From Candidatus Hydrogenedentota bacterium (GTDB lineage: Bacteria > Hydrogenedentota > Hydrogenedentia > Hydrogenedentales > SLHB01): DNA of 64,000 nt. Positions within the stretch are counted from its first letter, which is position 1. Each line of letters starts with the position of its first letter. Positions 36,363 to 47,237 of the stretch are shown in pieces. Made by a program: the position numbers and the translations under genes. The notes beneath the pieces were generated by a model that worked only from the letters and a program-made list of their open reading frames with translations, searched no databases and was not told the DNA's origin. The stretch spans positions 86,633-150,632 of the forward strand of contig BTWA01000012.1 in NCBI GenBank assembly GCA_045863295.1, read 5' to 3'.

Positions 36363-39300
36363 TTGTTGATTTCATGAGCTACACCGGCAACCAGCGTGCC
36401 CAGTGAGACCATTTTGTCCGCATGAACAAGCTGCTGTTGACGCAACAGGGCCTCTTCTGCAGCACGTTTCCTTTCGGTAATATCCAAGGCTGCGACAATA
36501 ATCCCGTGTTCAAATGTCTGTTCGTCAACAAGCGCGGCGCTGACAAAAACATCTATCACCTCGCCATTGCGGCGTGACCACTGGGTTTCCACCCCGCCCG
36601 ATCCCTGTTCTCTCGAAAGAGTAAGCTGCCGCATTCTCTCCGCGCCAACGCGTTCAAACTCCTCATCAGTCAGATAGAACATCCGGGCGTTACGGCCGAC
36701 AAGTTCGTCGTGGGAATAGCCGGTCATGTGGCAAAGCGTTTCGTTGGCTTCCAAAATTATGCGATCCTTGATGAGTGCAATACCTGCGGGCGCCGCCCGG
36801 AAAATACTGGTTAACTTGGACTCGCTCAACCGCAGTGCCTCTTCCGCTTGAACTCGTGCAGTTATGTCACGGTCGACGCCCCGGAATCCCTGCAGTTCGC
36901 CCGACTCACTCACAATAGGAACAGCATTGCTTTCCAGGTAACGCCAAGTGCCATCTTTGTGGCGCCAGCGTGTCAACACAGCTTGCCATCCGCGCTTTTC
37001 CGCAATCCATCCCGCCAAAGATTGTCCGATGGCCGTGCGATCATCGTCGTGCATCAGCTCAAGACCCACTTTGCCTTCGATCTCAGATGGCAAGTACCCC
37101 AAAATCGATTGGACGGCCGGATTAGAATAGGTATGCACACCGTCTACATTCATTGTCCAAATCCAGTCGCGCGATGTATCCACTAGAGCACGTATCATCT
37201 CCGTTCGCTCGCGGAGTTTCTCATCCAACCGCCTTTGTTCAGTGACATCTCGCTGTACACCCCAAGCTCGAGTCAACAGGCCGTTTTCGACAAATCCCAC
37301 GAAACTGTTGATAAAATGGTGAGTCGCGCCGCTTAAGTCAACTCCCGAAGATTCCACATTTTCAATGCGAAACCCGGATCGGAGATACTGACGAAGATAA
37401 TCCACATTCCGCGGATCGGCTGCCATCATGTCCTTCAGCCGCATGCCTGTCATGGCTTCGGGATTAGGAAATCCATACATTCGGGCGAATGCGTCATTGC
37501 ACTCCGCGAGAAAAGTCCGCTCCATGACCAACTCAAAAAGCGTATCCTCCGGCAAGTGGCTATCGATCGGAGGCTCGGCCTCCAATCGGTATATGCCATC
37601 GGAAGTGTTGTTAAAAAATGCTCGGTACCGCTCCTCGCTCTCATGAAGGCGTTGTTCGGATAGTATGCGCTCAGTAATATCCACGGTGACGGTCAAAACC
37701 ATGGGTGGCTCCCCCGCAAGCAGCCGGCAAGAGTAGAGGGACTGGCGAACCTGTCCATCGGGACGGCGTATCGCGGATTCCACATTATGAACGAATCCAA
37801 CATCACGCAACTTGTCCATCACCCGATCGGAACGTTCATCCACCCGGATAAGCCCTACCTCTTTCATGGTGCGGCCAATCGCTTCGTCCGCGGAGATACC
37901 TGTGAATTCCGTGAATGCTTGGTTTACGAGAACATAACGTCCGTCCAAATCGTTCACAACACAGGGAAAGGGAACCAAATCAAATAACGTGCGAAACTGT
38001 TCCTCACTCTTCTTCAATGCAAGTTCGGCTTGTCTACGTTTGGTAATGTCACGAACAAACGCCAACAACTGTATCTTTCCGTCCTGATTCATCCGGGTAA
38101 GGCTTACTTCTGCGTTGAATTCAGTGCCGTCATGGCGGATGTGAAGCCACTCGAACGATTGTGGTGTGCCGTTCAGCGCGCTCGCGATGAACTCCATAGC
38201 CTTGGTCTGGGAGTTGCGGCCATCCGGTTGAACCACCGGGGAGAGCTGCCACGGCACCTGACCAATGATCTGTTCCCGTGTACAACCGAATATCTCAAGG
38301 GTGCGTGGATTGCACTCCACAAATCGGCCATCCTCCAATACAAAGATGGCATCATTGGCCGCCTCGAACAACGTCCGGTATTGCAATTCGCTTTGCAGCA
38401 CCGCCTGTTCCGCCTGCTTGCGTTCCGTTATATCCCTGCCTTCAGGTATCAATAGCACCACGTTGCCGGATTCGTCCTTGACCGGTTGCAGCGAAAAATC
38501 GATTGTGTGTGTCTTGCCTTCAGCGTCGATGTGAGTTGTCTCAAACCGTACAAACTCCCCCAACGCCGCTCGTTGAACGGATTCGCGAAGCAAATCCTGT
38601 AAATCAGGAGAGTGCTCCCACCAGGGCGTTTCCCAGAAGGGTTTGTCAATGACATCGCTCTCCACCAGACCCCTGAACTTCAACGCGGTCTCGTTTGCCG
38701 CCAGGATTCTCCCGTCCGGCGACAACATTCCAATTAGCTGAAACGTCTGATTGAAGATGGCTTTGAAGCGGAGATCGCTCTCTCGTTGTTTGTCATATTC
38801 GATCCGCAGTTCGGCGGTGCGCGCCGCCACAATTCTGGACAACCGCCTGTTCCAGTAAGCAATGAATGCGATGACAATTGCGGAAACCGCCAACACTTTC
38901 CATAGGTTGCCGTAGTTGAACTCGCGCGTGTAGTGAATCGGAGCCCACCGGGAAAGTATTTCCTCCCGCTTGGAATCCGGAATGGTTGCAAGAGACTTGT
39001 CCAGAATCCGCGCCAAAACCGGCCAGTCTCTGCGAACGGCCAAGCTTAACTCGTATTCATAGGGCGTCTCGCCCGAAAAGCGCAAGTTCTCCAACGAAAG
39101 CTTAGCCATGGAATGACTTGCGGGTAGAATTGCCTCCACGCACGCATCCACATCGCCATCCACCAGCATCGTCAACGCTTCCTCCGTCGATCGCGCCGGC
39201 ACAAGGTTGATGTCAGGATAGTCTGTAGCAATCCATTCCTGAACAGCATATCCATCCACTACGCCAATGCGTTTTCCGCTCAACTTGTTCAAACCGGAAA

Positions 39301-40564
39301 CGAATGGCGTGTCCTCCCGCGTAATGATCGCCAGCGGTAAATGAGCAAAGGGCTGAGTGAACTGCAGGTAACCGGTGCGGGCAGGCGTCGATACAATCCC
39401 GCTTACCATGTCACAGCCGTAGTTCCGGGCATTTTCAAGCGTCTCCGCCCACGTAGCGCTTTTCACTATCTTGAACTGGATCCCGGTGACAGCGCCAATC
39501 TCAGAGAGATAGTCGGCCGCAACACCTTGGTGGGTCCCATTAGAGTCCAGGAATTCGAACGGCGTATACGCGGGATCCACGCCAACATGGACGACGGGAT
39601 TGTCTTTTATCCATTTGCGCTCTTCGGGAGTAAGCACCGCCGCCGCAAGTTGGTAGGATCCCTCGTCCAGATAGGCGTTCCACGTCTTCAAATAACCCTG
39701 AATTTCGCTTTTCGGAATGGCTGCGATCGCCTTGTCAAGGGCACTGCGAAGTTCCGGCCAATCCTTTCGTACAAAAAATGCGGCGGAATACCCTTCCCTG
39801 TACATTCGAAAAAGTTGAATATCTGTTATCGAATGCCGATCAAGGAGGTAGGTAACCTCTGAATGCACATCAAAAAAACCGTCCGCTTCTCCACGCAACA
39901 CTAGATTCAGGCAGTCCAGCATGGTCTTTCCGAATACAAATGAATTGCCCTCCAACACTTCCAAAGACGGATTGTTCAGATCCCATCCCTCACACAACGC
40001 GATTGTGCGCCCGGACACGGAGTCGGGATGTTCTTGAGCCAAGGATGAGTCTTTCTTGACAAACAGCGAAAAGGGTAGAAATAGAAAATCTTCCGTCTTT
40101 GAATAGTGCACTTCGTAATTCGCGTCCAAAGGGTCATTCAGCGTTGTACAGTCGGCTTCGCCCTTTGCCACCTGCTCCAAAAGTTGACCGTAACCTACTC
40201 CTCGAAACGCTATCCGCACCCCCAGTAACTCCTGTATGCGCATCGCAATATCGGGAATTGCGCCAATATATTCGCCGCCATCGCTCAGAAATCCGAACGG
40301 AGCCGCCTCGGAGTAACTGGTAATTTCAATTTCGGGATGCGCCGTTAACCACCTCCGCTCTTCCGCCGTGAGTTCAATACCCTGCGCGAACACTCTCTCC
40401 ACGGACAAAAGCAAAAACAATAAGAGTGAAATGGTTCGCAATGTAAGACATGAATTCTTCGGGGAGGTCGAATTACTGAGACGAAAACGATTGGTGTGAA
40501 AGGCTGTGTGCGGGTGCTGCACGATGAATTCTCCCGATGCCAGGTCGGACCTACCGGAAGTCAC
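36359..40564 (-). pseudogene. Sensor histidine kinase (2 x PBPb, TM, 6 x PAS/PAC) truncated right after the H-box
   Basis: Two family-3 solute-binding domains; six PAS/PAC units ending DIT/DVT; 'KMVSLGTLVAGVAHEINNP' then non-homologous read-through to a stop at 36185. No HATPase domain. Confidence 0.85.
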
Positions 40565-40814
40565 GTTGTATTCCCCAATTCACAAAACAGCAAAAAAATA
40601 GAAGTTGTGTTTCCATTTATCGCGGTCGATGCGAACCAAAATTAATATGCGGGAAATGACGACTCCGTGCAACATTTGTACTTGACGAAGTCTCCCCGAA
40701 TGCGACCGGCTCGCAGGTTCCCCATCGCTGGAAACTTCTCCGGAAAACCACCCCTTGTTACGGGACCCCGCTTCAACATATAATTCGGCGTTTGCCGGGC
40801 CGAGGGGAATTCAC

Positions 40815-41504
40815 GTGAAATCTGTAGTTGTCATACCCACATACAACGAAGCGGAAAACGTCAAGCCGCTCATTGAATCCATACACCAGCACGTTCCGGA
40901 AATGGACATTGTCATCGTTGATGATGGCTCGCCCGACGGAACGGCGGACATTGCCGCGGCGATGGAGGGGGTGTACGTTATTCGCCGCTCGGGAAAACTT
41001 GGATTGGGCACGGCGTATGTCACAGGATATAAATACTGCCTCGAGAAAGGCTACGACCGAATCGGCGGTATGGATGCCGACTTCAGCCACAATCCGTCCG
41101 TTCTCCCCGCGCTCTTCGGTTCCCTGGATCACTTCGATATGGCCGTCGGCTCAAGGTATATTCGCGGAGGCGGCACCCGAAACTGGGGATTACACAGGCA
41201 ATTGCTCAGCCGGACAGCAAACCTGGTCGCGCGGACGCTGTTGTCATTTCCTGCAAAAGACGTCACATCAGGCTTCCGGGCCTACCGGCGCGAAGTGCTG
41301 GAGTCCATTGATCTGGACACCATCAAATCCGAAGGCTACGCATTCGTGGTCGAATTCATGTATCGGTCAGTGCGCCGAGGGTTCAAGGTGGGGGAGACGC
41401 CCATCATCTTTGAAGATCGAAGATATGGAACCTCAAAGATGAATTCGTCCGAGATACTCGGTGGAGTCATGAACCTGCTGCGTCTGCGATTTCAGAAATT
41501 CTAA
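40815..41504 (+). CDS. Polyprenol-phosphate mannosyltransferase-like GT2 (DPM1/Ppm1 family)
   Basis: GAGGGG RBS and GTG; 'VIPTYNEAEN', 'VDDGSPDGT', 'KLGLGTAY', 'MDADFSH', 'DVTSGFRAY'. Confidence 0.9.
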   Translation: MKSVVVIPTYNEAENVKPLIESIHQHVPEMDIVIVDDGSPDGTADIAAAMEGVYVIRRSGKLGLGTAYVTGYKYCLEKGYDRIGGMDADFSHNPSVLPALFGSLDHFDMAVGSRYIRGGGTRNWGLHRQLLSRTANLVARTLLSFPAKDVTSGFRAYRREVLESIDLDTIKSEGYAFVVEFMYRSVRRGFKVGETPIIFEDRRYGTSKMNSSEILGGVMNLLRLRFQKF

Positions 41505-41555
41505 ATCCCGAAATATCCTGAGTCATGCATAAAAGTTTTGCAGCGGGATGGTCAC

Positions 41556-42230
41556 TCAGATCTCGCCAAATCCCTCGAACACCAGCCCGGCCTTGACCGT
41601 CACAGTGCCATCCGCACTCTTTCCCGAAAGCGATAAATATAACAACTTCCATTCATTTTCGCCGTCGCCGATCTGAGGCAAATCGCCCTGAACAGCCTCC
41701 GCCGGCTGCAAGCTCAATATGGCAGGATGGTGAGCCTTCCGATCTTCCATGCTCTTATCGACCATCTCGTCATGCGACGCGGAAAAATCAACTTCGGTAT
41801 CCAGGTCCGCCTTGACCAGCACTGCAAAAAACGGATGTGGAGCCACGCCCATGTGATCCCCATCTTGCGGTATTTTGCCCATTCGCAAGGTGTAAACGCC
41901 TTCATCGATCTCCACATCTTTGAAATCGCGTTGGCCTTTCCCCACCCGAGCTACGCCAATCAGCGTCAATTCCTTGACGTCATTCAGCGTGCCATCCTTC
42001 TTCCCGGCCGCCGTGACCACAGGAATGTCCTTGCGAAGCCAGAACTCCCATACCACACTGTTCTCGCTCTTAATCGTCATCACCTTTGATTCGAGGGTAG
42101 TCTTAATGGCATCGGTCACGTTCTCAGGAACCGCGGTCTCCTCGACAGACAGCTCAGCCGCCAGGGCGAAGGGTACGAAGGCTGCAAGCAGTATGGCCAG
42201 TATCCCGGTGAAAGGTGGTCGATAGTGCAT
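41556..42230 (-). CDS. Secreted hypothetical protein
   Basis: AAAGGA RBS and ATG 42230; signal peptide ending ALA-A; 'RDFK..GVYTLR..PQDGDHMG' and 'HHPAILSL' motifs; last gene of the molybdoenzyme cluster. Confidence 0.75.
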   Translation of the reverse strand: MHYRPPFTGILAILLAAFVPFALAAELSVEETAVPENVTDAIKTTLESKVMTIKSENSVVWEFWLRKDIPVVTAAGKKDGTLNDVKELTLIGVARVGKGQRDFKDVEIDEGVYTLRMGKIPQDGDHMGVAPHPFFAVLVKADLDTEVDFSASHDEMVDKSMEDRKAHHPAILSLQPAEAVQGDLPQIGDGENEWKLLYLSLSGKSADGTVTVKAGLVFEGFGEI

Positions 42231-42281
42231 GGTATCCTTTCTAACTTCCGGCAATTGACCTACCGGACTACGCCCGCATTC

Positions 42282-42310
42282 AAAAAACACAGGCCGGAAA
42301 CCGGCCTGCG
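42282..42310 (-). terminator. Intrinsic terminator after the DUF1326-like gene
   Basis: Minus strand CGCAGGCCGG-TTT-CCGGCCTGTG followed by TTTTTT. Confidence 0.75.
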
Positions 42311-42335
42311 CGGTCTAACAATATATCCATATGGA

Positions 42336-43007
42336 CTAACTACCCAGCGAAAACCTCCCCAAAAAGGCACCGCGCTTGTCCGCATTCGTCCATTTCATGT
42401 CCAACCCGTCGCCCTGATAACTGGCCACATTCGTAAATACAGGCAACGCATTCTCAATTGCAGTAAGCGGGGGATAAAAGGCACTTTCGTTGCCGCAAAT
42501 ATGATCCCCGTTTCCCAAGCAGCGCGTTGATACTTCGACCAAGCCTTCTGCCTTGATCTCTGCGCACCCTTTCTTCTCGCAACAGGAATACGCCGCGCTG
42601 ATATCCGCGCTGGTAACGGATATGACATCCTTCACCAGATCGCCGCCCAAGGTCGTAGCCATGGCGGCCAGCGCCTCCTGCTGCGCCTCATTCGCCTTGG
42701 CGTCCGTGATCAATACCGCCTTGGCTGGCAACGCATTTGCATAAGTACTGCCAAGCGTATTGCTGGCCCGAACCACCGCAATGACAGTCAGTCCGTCCAG
42801 CTTTTCGCCGTTCCACGTACCTTGCGATACGGTCCACGACAGTATAGCCTCGGTTCCAGCCAATCCCACCTCACTGTTCGCATAGCAGGGACCTGTGAAT
42901 ACGTCACACGAACGGCTTTCCAGATACATGCCCTGTACCGAATTCCCGGCCAAGGCCACCGGCAACGCGGCCAGAAACGACAGTAAAACAACACTCATCA
43001 CACGCAT
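42336..43007 (-). CDS. Secreted DUF1326-like Cys-containing protein
   Basis: GGAGG RBS and ATG 43007; signal peptide; 'GMYLESRSCDVFTGPC', 'WTVSQG..GEKLDGL', 'DAKANEAQQEAL', 'HICGNE'. Confidence 0.75.
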   Translation of the reverse strand: MRVMSVVLLSFLAALPVALAGNSVQGMYLESRSCDVFTGPCYANSEVGLAGTEAILSWTVSQGTWNGEKLDGLTVIAVVRASNTLGSTYANALPAKAVLITDAKANEAQQEALAAMATTLGGDLVKDVISVTSADISAAYSCCEKKGCAEIKAEGLVEVSTRCLGNGDHICGNESAFYPPLTAIENALPVFTNVASYQGDGLDMKWTNADKRGAFLGRFSLGS

Positions 43008-43027
43008 ATACCAAACCTCCAATTCAT

Positions 43028-43061
43028 GGGCAGGGCTTTCCACACCAGAAAAGCCCTGCCC
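43028..43061 (-). other. Intercistronic stable hairpin without U-tract
   Basis: Perfect 12-bp stem GGGCAGGGCTTT/AAAGCCCTGCCC between the small Cys-rich gene and the DUF1326-like gene, just upstream of the latter's RBS. Confidence 0.6.
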
Positions 43062-43101
43062 GGTCAACAGGAAGCCCTTGCAGCATTCCTAAGCCTGACC
43101 G

Positions 43102-43299
43102 TCAATTGCAGAAACAAGTACGCCCCTGCGCGCATTCCGACTTGCCTACCGGATTCTTGTCCGGACCATACGATTGATGCGTCTTGGTGCACCAAAATGC
43201 GTCCGATGAGAATGCCTCTTCCTCATACCCGGTCTGGTAATACATTTCCTTCGATCGCAGGTATTTACAAGGTAGATTCAAGGAAAAGGGCTGTTCCAT
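43102..43299 (-). CDS. Small Cys-rich protein (65 aa, 5 Cys)
   Basis: Strong AAGGAG RBS; starts 19 bp after the FAD-subunit stop; 'CKYLRSK...FWCTKT...GPD...C...RTCFC'. Confidence 0.75.
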   Translation of the reverse strand: MEQPFSLNLPCKYLRSKEMYYQTGYEEEAFSSDAFWCTKTHQSYGPDKNPVGKSECAQGRTCFCN

Positions 43300-43318
43300 T
43301 CCGGATTCTCCTTCAGGC

Positions 43319-44272
43319 TCACGCCATAGCAGCGAGGATTGCCCGCTTCACAGAAACCTTTACAAGCTGCACTTTGTAACCGTTTTTACTCATCGGCTTT
43401 GCGCCTTCTGCTGCCGCCTCGCCACACGCCGCTGCGGTTTCTTCAGTAATGGCTTGACCTTCAAGCGCCTTGGCCGCCGCAATGGACACCCAAGGCACCG
43501 GGGCTACATGACCCAACACCACGGACACACCCGTCGCTCTTCCGCCGCTCTCTCCAAATGCCACGGCCGCCGCCGCATAAGGCCAATCCAGTATCTGCCG
43601 GTGCCGTACTTCATAGATGCCATTCCGGACTCCATTGAATGGAATCCGCACATGCGTCAGAATCTCGCCGGGCTGGAGCACGGTCTCCGAGTCGTCGTCA
43701 CTCGACGGAACCTTGAAGAACTCAGCCAACGGCACGTCACGAGTTCCATTCACAACGGCAACGGCGCCAAGGGCGGTTAATGCCGGCGCCAAACTCGACG
43801 GATGCACAAATTTAGCCGCACCCTCGTTCCCGAATATGGCGTGATACCGATTGTCGCCAGATTCTACAAGTGCCGAACCGCTCACGAGCCCAAGGCCATT
43901 CCGGTAGTACCAGCATCGAGGCCGCTGGCATAAGTCGCCTCCAACCGTTCCCACCGACATCAACTGAGGGGATGCAACGCCTTGCGCCGCTTTGACCAAT
44001 GCCGGGAAATGTTTCTGGACGGTCGCATTCGCCACGAATTCCGATAACGTGGTCATCGCGCCCACGGTCACCATCTCCGGCGCGGTGTCAATGCCTTTCA
44101 GTTCTTCCACGTTGCGAAGACTAACGACGCGCACAGGCGACACGATTCGTTGTTTTAGACTCGTGACCAAATCGGTTCCGCCAGCCATCACAACGGCAAG
44201 ACCATTCGTATTCTTTAAGAGGTCGGTCGCCTCGGCTGTAGTCGACGGAGCCGCATATTCGAAGGCGTTCAT
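43319..44272 (-). CDS. FAD-binding subunit, xanthine dehydrogenase/PaoB (YagS)-like
   Basis: 'MAGGTDL', 'VGAMTTL', 'ASPQL..VGTVGGDLCQRPRC', 'LGHVAPVP'. TGATG coupling with the Mo subunit. Confidence 0.92.
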   Translation of the reverse strand: MNAFEYAAPSTTAEATDLLKNTNGLAVVMAGGTDLVTSLKQRIVSPVRVVSLRNVEELKGIDTAPEMVTVGAMTTLSEFVANATVQKHFPALVKAAQGVASPQLMSVGTVGGDLCQRPRCWYYRNGLGLVSGSALVESGDNRYHAIFGNEGAAKFVHPSSLAPALTALGAVAVVNGTRDVPLAEFFKVPSSDDDSETVLQPGEILTHVRIPFNGVRNGIYEVRHRQILDWPYAAAAVAFGESGGRATGVSVVLGHVAPVPWVSIAAAKALEGQAITEETAAACGEAAAEGAKPMSKNGYKVQLVKVSVKRAILAAMA

Positions 44273-46407
44273 CAGGCTACCCCTCCTTGCGCCAGAGCGT
44301 TGAGGACCGCATCGGGAGTCATCGGCATCGTCGGCACACGTACCCCGATTGCATTGGCCACTGCATTCGATAGGGCCGCTCCAGGCGAAATGACTGGCGG
44401 TTCGCCCAGCCCTATCACGCCGCGGCTATCGTATTTCGGCCCCGTCATCATCTTTACCTTGAGTGTTCCGATATCCGGCAATCCCGCCAGACGGTAGAAT
44501 TCCATGTCCGCGTTGAGCATGCGGCCCGTAGCCGGGTCATACACGGATTCCTCAAACAGTGCGTACGTAATCCCCATGATCAAACCACCCAAAACCTGGC
44601 TCTCCGCAGTTTTCATACTGATGATCAATCCACAGTCCTGCACAGCCGCCATCTCATTTACGGTGACAACCCCCGTCTCCGTATCCACGGAAACATCGGC
44701 GATCTGCACACCGCCTACGCCGCTGTCGTCCAGTTTCGTACCGTCGGTCGCGGGCTTGCCGCCCCGGCCAGTCACGGGCATCTGACCAAGCAGCGCACAC
44801 GCCTTTTCCCACGGCAGCCATTTGGCCGAATCTGTCCTGCGCAATACCTTGCCATCCGTAGCGATCAGATCGTCTACGGTGCACTGCAGGGCCGGGGCGG
44901 CCTTTTCAAGCAACTTCACAAGCGCGTTGTTCGCCGCATCGCGCGCCGCCGTGCTCACCCCGCCTATGGTTGTGCTGCCGCCCGAGGCCGCACCTTCCGG
45001 ATACTTGTTGTTGCCAATGTTCACCTGTACCTTGTCCAGCGGTAACCCCAGCGTCTCTGCAACTACAATCCCAATGGCCGTGCGCGTGCCGGAACCAAGG
45101 TCCTGCGTACTCATATTCACCGCTGCCGATCCATCGGGATTAATGACCACGTCGCTCTGGCAGTTGTGTCCGCCACCGCCCCACGTATGGATCGAAATCC
45201 CAAGTCCGCGCTTGACCGGGCCGGGCGTCTTGTCGCCGCGCAAATGCGCCTTCTCTTTGTACCCGATCATTTCCGCCGCCAGATCGAGCTCTTCCGCATA
45301 CACCTCTGGCATCGAAGTCAAAGGCAAATTCTTCTTGAAGAATTCGAGCGCGTCCATGCCTATCGCCGCCGCCGCGTCTTCCAGTGCAGCCATCGTCACA
45401 AAACACTGCTGCGGATGATTCGGCGCACGCCACGCACGCCGGGATCCACGGTTCGTACGCACATTCTTGTCCACGCGGCGAAAGTTTGGAATCGCAAACA
45501 CGTACGGCAAGCGTGCCAACGCGCCGCCACCACCCATGCCGCCCGATCCCCACGACACCGAATCCCACACCTGAATGTCGCCCGCCTTGCTGACCCCCAC
45601 ACTGACCTTCGCAAACCCGGACGGCCTCATCCCAGCAACCATCAATTCCTGATCACGTTCGAGGAACAGTTTGAACGGTTTGCCCGTCTCTTTGGATATG
45701 CGCGTGGAAATCTGATCCCACTGATCAGGACCGAATTTGGACCCAAATCCACCTCCCATGTATTGGCAGTCCACGCTTATCTTGCTCGCCTCAAGCCCCG
45801 ACGTGTCGCTCAATTGGCCGCCATAGCCCGTCACATTCTGCGTCGATGGATAAGACTCAAGCCGGTCACCAAGAAAATGGACAGTCTGCCCGTGTGCCTC
45901 CATGCAACAATGCGTGATTACCGCGCATCCGTATTCACCTTTGACCATAACATCCGCACCCGAAAGCGCCGCCTCTACAGTGGCGTCATCCGGTTTCACG
46001 TCAGATTGGTCCCGGCCCTCGGCCTTGGTCGGGTCGTTGTCATCCATCTGAGGGGGCTTAACCTCGTATTCCACTTTGATCGCGTGGATGGCCTCAGTGG
46101 CAATCTCCTCGCGCTCCGCCGCCACCACAGCAATTAAGGTGCCCGCGAATAACACCTCTGTTCCCGGTTGAGCCTCCACGATCACCGATTTCACCCCGGC
46201 CATGCCTTCGGCCTCCGAAACATCGATGGATTTCACGACGGCATTGCCAAAAGGCGCCCACAGCACCCGCCCGAACAACATGTCCGGCAGGTTCTTGTCA
46301 TAGGCGTATTTCGCTGCACCCGTCGCTTTCACCGGCCCGTCGAGGCGATTCACCCGTGTGCCGATAATCCTTAATGGCTGGCTGGTTGCCCAGGGATTCC
46401 TGCTCAT
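44272..46407 (-). CDS. Molybdopterin-binding subunit, xanthine dehydrogenase/PaoC (YagR)-like
   Basis: 'RLDGPVKATGAAKY', 'MGGGFGSK', 'AWRAP', 'QDLGSG', 'ASGGS', catalytic Glu in 'GLGEPP'. ATGA overlap with the Fe-S subunit stop. Confidence 0.93.
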   Translation of the reverse strand: MSRNPWATSQPLRIIGTRVNRLDGPVKATGAAKYAYDKNLPDMLFGRVLWAPFGNAVVKSIDVSEAEGMAGVKSVIVEAQPGTEVLFAGTLIAVVAAEREEIATEAIHAIKVEYEVKPPQMDDNDPTKAEGRDQSDVKPDDATVEAALSGADVMVKGEYGCAVITHCCMEAHGQTVHFLGDRLESYPSTQNVTGYGGQLSDTSGLEASKISVDCQYMGGGFGSKFGPDQWDQISTRISKETGKPFKLFLERDQELMVAGMRPSGFAKVSVGVSKAGDIQVWDSVSWGSGGMGGGGALARLPYVFAIPNFRRVDKNVRTNRGSRRAWRAPNHPQQCFVTMAALEDAAAAIGMDALEFFKKNLPLTSMPEVYAEELDLAAEMIGYKEKAHLRGDKTPGPVKRGLGISIHTWGGGGHNCQSDVVINPDGSAAVNMSTQDLGSGTRTAIGIVVAETLGLPLDKVQVNIGNNKYPEGAASGGSTTIGGVSTAARDAANNALVKLLEKAAPALQCTVDDLIATDGKVLRRTDSAKWLPWEKACALLGQMPVTGRGGKPATDGTKLDDSGVGGVQIADVSVDTETGVVTVNEMAAVQDCGLIISMKTAESQVLGGLIMGITYALFEESVYDPATGRMLNADMEFYRLAGLPDIGTLKVKMMTGPKYDSRGVIGLGEPPVISPGAALSNAVANAIGVRVPTMPMTPDAVLNALAQGGVA

Positions 46408-47027
46408 TTCGCACCGCCTTTCGCAGCGTCCAAGACAGCCGCCGTGATGCCCGCATACGTCCCGCAACGGCACAAATTGCCGCCCAGTCCAGCCTTTATC
46501 TCCTCAATTGAGGGGTTCGCGTTCGCCTTTAACAATGAAGCGCATGCGACGACAAAACCCGGCGTACAAAATCCGCATTGCTGTGCGTCGTGCTCGACAA
46601 ACGCCTTTTGAATCGGATGCAGGTTGTCGGGACTGCCCAGCCCCTCAACCGTTGTGATCGAGTGGCCTTGCGCTTCGATCGCCAGCATCGAGCACGAATA
46701 AACGGGCTTGTCATCCAGTAGTACCGTACACGCCCCGCAAGTGCCCCGATCGCAGACGCGCTTCGCCCCCGTGATATCCAGGTGATTCCGTAACGCGTCG
46801 AGCAATGTCACGCGCGGCTCCACGTTAACCGTGTGCTCGCTGCCATTGATGGATAGGGTGATGGGTACCGCATCAGGACCGGCCAGACCGGACCCCGCCT
46901 CCGCAACTGCCACTTGCGAGGTCATCTCCTCAATCAGTGTCGTGGCGGCCGCGCCAACGCCCATGCTCTTCAGGAATCCCCGGCGTGAAAAATCCGGGGT
47001 CCCCTTTCGCGAGTCGTCACCAGGCAT
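46404..47027 (-). CDS. 2x[2Fe-2S] subunit with Tat signal, PaoA (YagT)-like
   Basis: AGGAG RBS; 'FSRRGFLK' Tat motif; 'CDRGTCGAC..C', 'QCGFCTPG', 'NLCRC'. Confidence 0.93.
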   Translation of the reverse strand: MPGDDSRKGTPDFSRRGFLKSMGVGAAATTLIEEMTSQVAVAEAGSGLAGPDAVPITLSINGSEHTVNVEPRVTLLDALRNHLDITGAKRVCDRGTCGACTVLLDDKPVYSCSMLAIEAQGHSITTVEGLGSPDNLHPIQKAFVEHDAQQCGFCTPGFVVACASLLKANANPSIEEIKAGLGGNLCRCGTYAGITAAVLDAAKGGAK

Positions 47028-47237
47028 AACTCGACTCCTCCTACGGTAAGCCCAGCCCAGGTGGGAGGGGGAGTTCACCGGGGATACCCGGGCGCGCCTT
47101 GCATTGCGCCCGGTCCCGCGGCACATTAAGTTCGTGCCAATCACCCTACCACTCAAGCGAAGCATCTGCAACCTGAAGCCCGCAACTTGCTCGATTCCGA
47201 TCCAAGCCATACAATGATGACCGAACAGGACGAAACC

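Noticed and set aside
45166..46137. 323-aa plus-strand ORF and similar antisense ORFs elsewhere (e.g. 54472-55308, 59347-60126)
   Set aside because: Shadows of real genes on the opposite strand.
47120..47140. TGGCACG on the minus strand upstream of the molybdoenzyme operon as a sigma54 promoter
   Set aside because: No GC at the -12 position (reads TGGCACGAACTTAAT).
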